A stretch of DNA of 64,000 nucleotides from Candidatus Latescibacterota bacterium (GTDB taxonomy: Bacteria; Latescibacterota; UBA2968; UBA8231). Where the stretch lies: contig OZ241362.1 of the NCBI GenBank assembly GCA_965200315.1, positions 704,001 to 768,000 on the forward strand, given 5' to 3'. The translations under genes were made by a program, and so were the position numbers. Positions 62,207 to 64,000 of the stretch are shown here, piece after piece. The notes beneath the pieces are model-generated. The model ran no database searches. It was not told the DNA's origin and saw only the letters and a list, made by a program, of their open reading frames with translations. Every line of letters begins with the position of its first letter. Position 1 is the stretch's first letter.

Positions 62207-62812
62207 CTACGCCACCAGCATCTTCTCCACGACGCGGCGATAGATGGGCTTGCCCTGTGCGAGAAACTTGTCTTCGTAATTGGTCCGCGCCCCCAGCCAC
62301 TCGGCATCCACCTCCACTAGACACGAGCTGGTTGCCAGCACCGCGAGCATGACCTCGAAATAGTCGGCGTAATCCGTGGCTAGCCACAACTGCCCACCCA
62401 CGCACAACGTGCGCTCGACTTCGCGCAGAAACTCCTCGTTAAAGAGCCGTCGCTTGTGGTGCCGTTTCTTGGGCCAAGGATCGGGAAAGTAGATGTGATA
62501 GGCTCGCACCGATGCCGCGGCCACGAAGAATTCGACGAACTCCCGGGCATCTACATGGGCGAACCGCACATTGCCGAGGTTGCGGCGCACGGCGCGCTGG
62601 CAGGCCATGCGCACGTATTTGGCGGCCCATTCGACCCCGACGAAATTCACTGTAGGCTGACGGCTGGCTGCGTCGATGATAAAGCGCCCTTTGCCAATGC
62701 CGATTTCGATCTCCACCGGCTGGTCGTTGCCAAAAACTTCCCGCCAATCCAACGTCGGATCCTGGTCTGGATTATCCGGTAACGCCAAAAAACCCGCCCC
62801 GTTCTGCTCCAT
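62207..62812 (-). CDS. trmB: tRNA (guanine-N7)-methyltransferase
   Basis: EIGIGKG, FPDPWPKKRHHKRR, ATD..DY and TNYE.KF; probable start 62812. Confidence 0.93.
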   Translation of the reverse strand: MEQNGAGFLALPDNPDQDPTLDWREVFGNDQPVEIEIGIGKGRFIIDAASRQPTVNFVGVEWAAKYVRMACQRAVRRNLGNVRFAHVDAREFVEFFVAAASVRAYHIYFPDPWPKKRHHKRRLFNEEFLREVERTLCVGGQLWLATDYADYFEVMLAVLATSSCLVEVDAEWLGARTNYEDKFLAQGKPIYRRVVEKMLVA

Positions 62813-62885
62813 CAAATTCTCCGCAAAGAAAAGGCGCTCCCCTAGGTGCAAGGGAGCGCCGTATAAACAACCCTGCGAATCGAGA

Positions 62886-64000
62886 TTAACCTGCGGCCTC
62901 GCTGTGCGAAGGCAAGCCGCAAAACTGCTCGTAGTCAATCAACTCGGTGACGGTCGGACTATCGCCGCACACCGGGCACTCGCGGTCGCGGCGGAGCTTG
63001 AGTTCGCGGAATTTCATCTCCAGCGCGTCGTAGAGTATCACCCTCCCCACCAAGGAGGTCCCCTGTGCCAACAGCAGCTTGACGACCTCGGTGGCCTGCA
63101 CTAGCCCGATGATGCCGGGCAAGACCCCTAAGACCCCACCCTCGGCGCAGCTTGGCACCTCTCCGGGCGGCGGCGGCTCGGGATAGAGGCAGCGATAGCA
63201 CGGGCCGTCCCCGGGCACGTACACGGTGGCCTGGCCCTCAAAGCGAAAAATGCTACCGTCAACCACGGGCTTTTTCTGCATTACAGCCGCGTCGTTGACC
63301 AAATAGCGGGTCGGAAAGTTGTCGCAGCCATTGACCACGATATCGTAGCCATCCATGATCGCGAAAATATTGTGCGATGTCAGCATCTCGTAGTGCGGGT
63401 GTATCTCAATGCCGGGGTTGATGTCGAGCAACCGGTCGCGGGCGGCCTCGACCTTGGGCCGGCCGAGATCGGACTCGCCGAACAGCACTTGCCGCTGCAA
63501 GTTGCTCTTATCGACGACATCGGCATCTACCAAGCCGATCTTGCCAACGCCAGCCGCGGCCAAGTACAGGGCCGTCGGGCAGCCCAAGCCGCCCGCCCCC
63601 ACCAACAGCACCCGGCCCTTGAGCAACTGCTGCTGACCCTTCTCCCCGACCTCGGGCAGGATGAGATGCCGGGCGTAGCGCTGCGAGTCCTCTTCGGAGA
63701 GCAGACCGCCTTGCTCGATTTGATAGCCGGCGTCCTTCCAGCCTTTGATGCCGCCGATCATGGACTTGGCGTTGCTGTAGCCCATAAAGGCCAAATCGCG
63801 CACGGCCAAGGCCGAGCGGTTGCCCCCGGCGCAATAAAGCACGATTTCCGCGTCGCGATCTACGGTCACGTCTTCTTCGATGTTGAGCTCTAAAAAACCG
63901 CGTGGGATCAACTCGGCCCCGGGGATATAGCCGTCCATGACCTCTTCCCGCTCGCGCACATCTACGACGTGAACCGGCCGGCCGGCTTGGAGGGCCGCTT
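62886..64000 (-). CDS. moeB: Rhodanese-MoeB/ThiF fusion adenylyltransferase, 5' truncated by window edge
   Basis: DVRE..E and YCAGGNRS rhodanese motifs; RYARH, GAGGLG, SNLQRQ, CYRC and CPVC. Confidence 0.9.
   Translation of the reverse strand, partial: AALQAGRPVHVVDVREREEVMDGYIPGAELIPRGFLELNIEEDVTVDRDAEIVLYCAGGNRSALAVRDLAFMGYSNAKSMIGGIKGWKDAGYQIEQGGLLSEEDSQRYARHLILPEVGEKGQQQLLKGRVLLVGAGGLGCPTALYLAAAGVGKIGLVDADVVDKSNLQRQVLFGESDLGRPKVEAARDRLLDINPGIEIHPHYEMLTSHNIFAIMDGYDIVVNGCDNFPTRYLVNDAAVMQKKPVVDGSIFRFEGQATVYVPGDGPCYRCLYPEPPPPGEVPSCAEGGVLGVLPGIIGLVQATEVVKLLLAQGTSLVGRVILYDALEMKFRELKLRRDRECPVCGDSPTVTELIDYEQFCGLPSHSEAAG

Overview
GC-rich bacterial chromosomal window. The gene content (many PhyH dioxygenases, DegT aminotransferases, sugar-acid enzymes) suggests a Latescibacterota/Gemmatimonadota/Poribacteria-like organism; this is an inference only. 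There are three zones. (1) 1-12.6 kb is a co-oriented defence island: partial GHKL ATPase, STAS-like protein, PIN, DUF1156 adenine methyltransferase, MNT, HEPN-DUF499 ATPase and a SNF2 helicase-nuclease. The methyltransferase carries a complete REP-associated tyrosine transposase (RAYT) domain inserted in frame between two REP doublets. The same REP family forms a repeat/spacer array with a 61-bp period between the ATPase and helicase genes. This is the most striking signal in the window. (2) 12.6-44 kb is an accessory metabolic region with many gene remnants and frameshifts, an MNT-HEPN fusion, a VNTR coiled-coil nuclease-like gene and a small restriction-modification islet flanked by 42-bp direct repeats. 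(3) 44-64 kb holds housekeeping genes: glnE, PII, kptA, purE, a dcw cluster lacking mraY/murD/murG/murB/ddl, trmB and a rhodanese-MoeB fusion. No rRNA, tRNA or cas genes were recognised. All calls come from motif recognition by eye; no searches were run.
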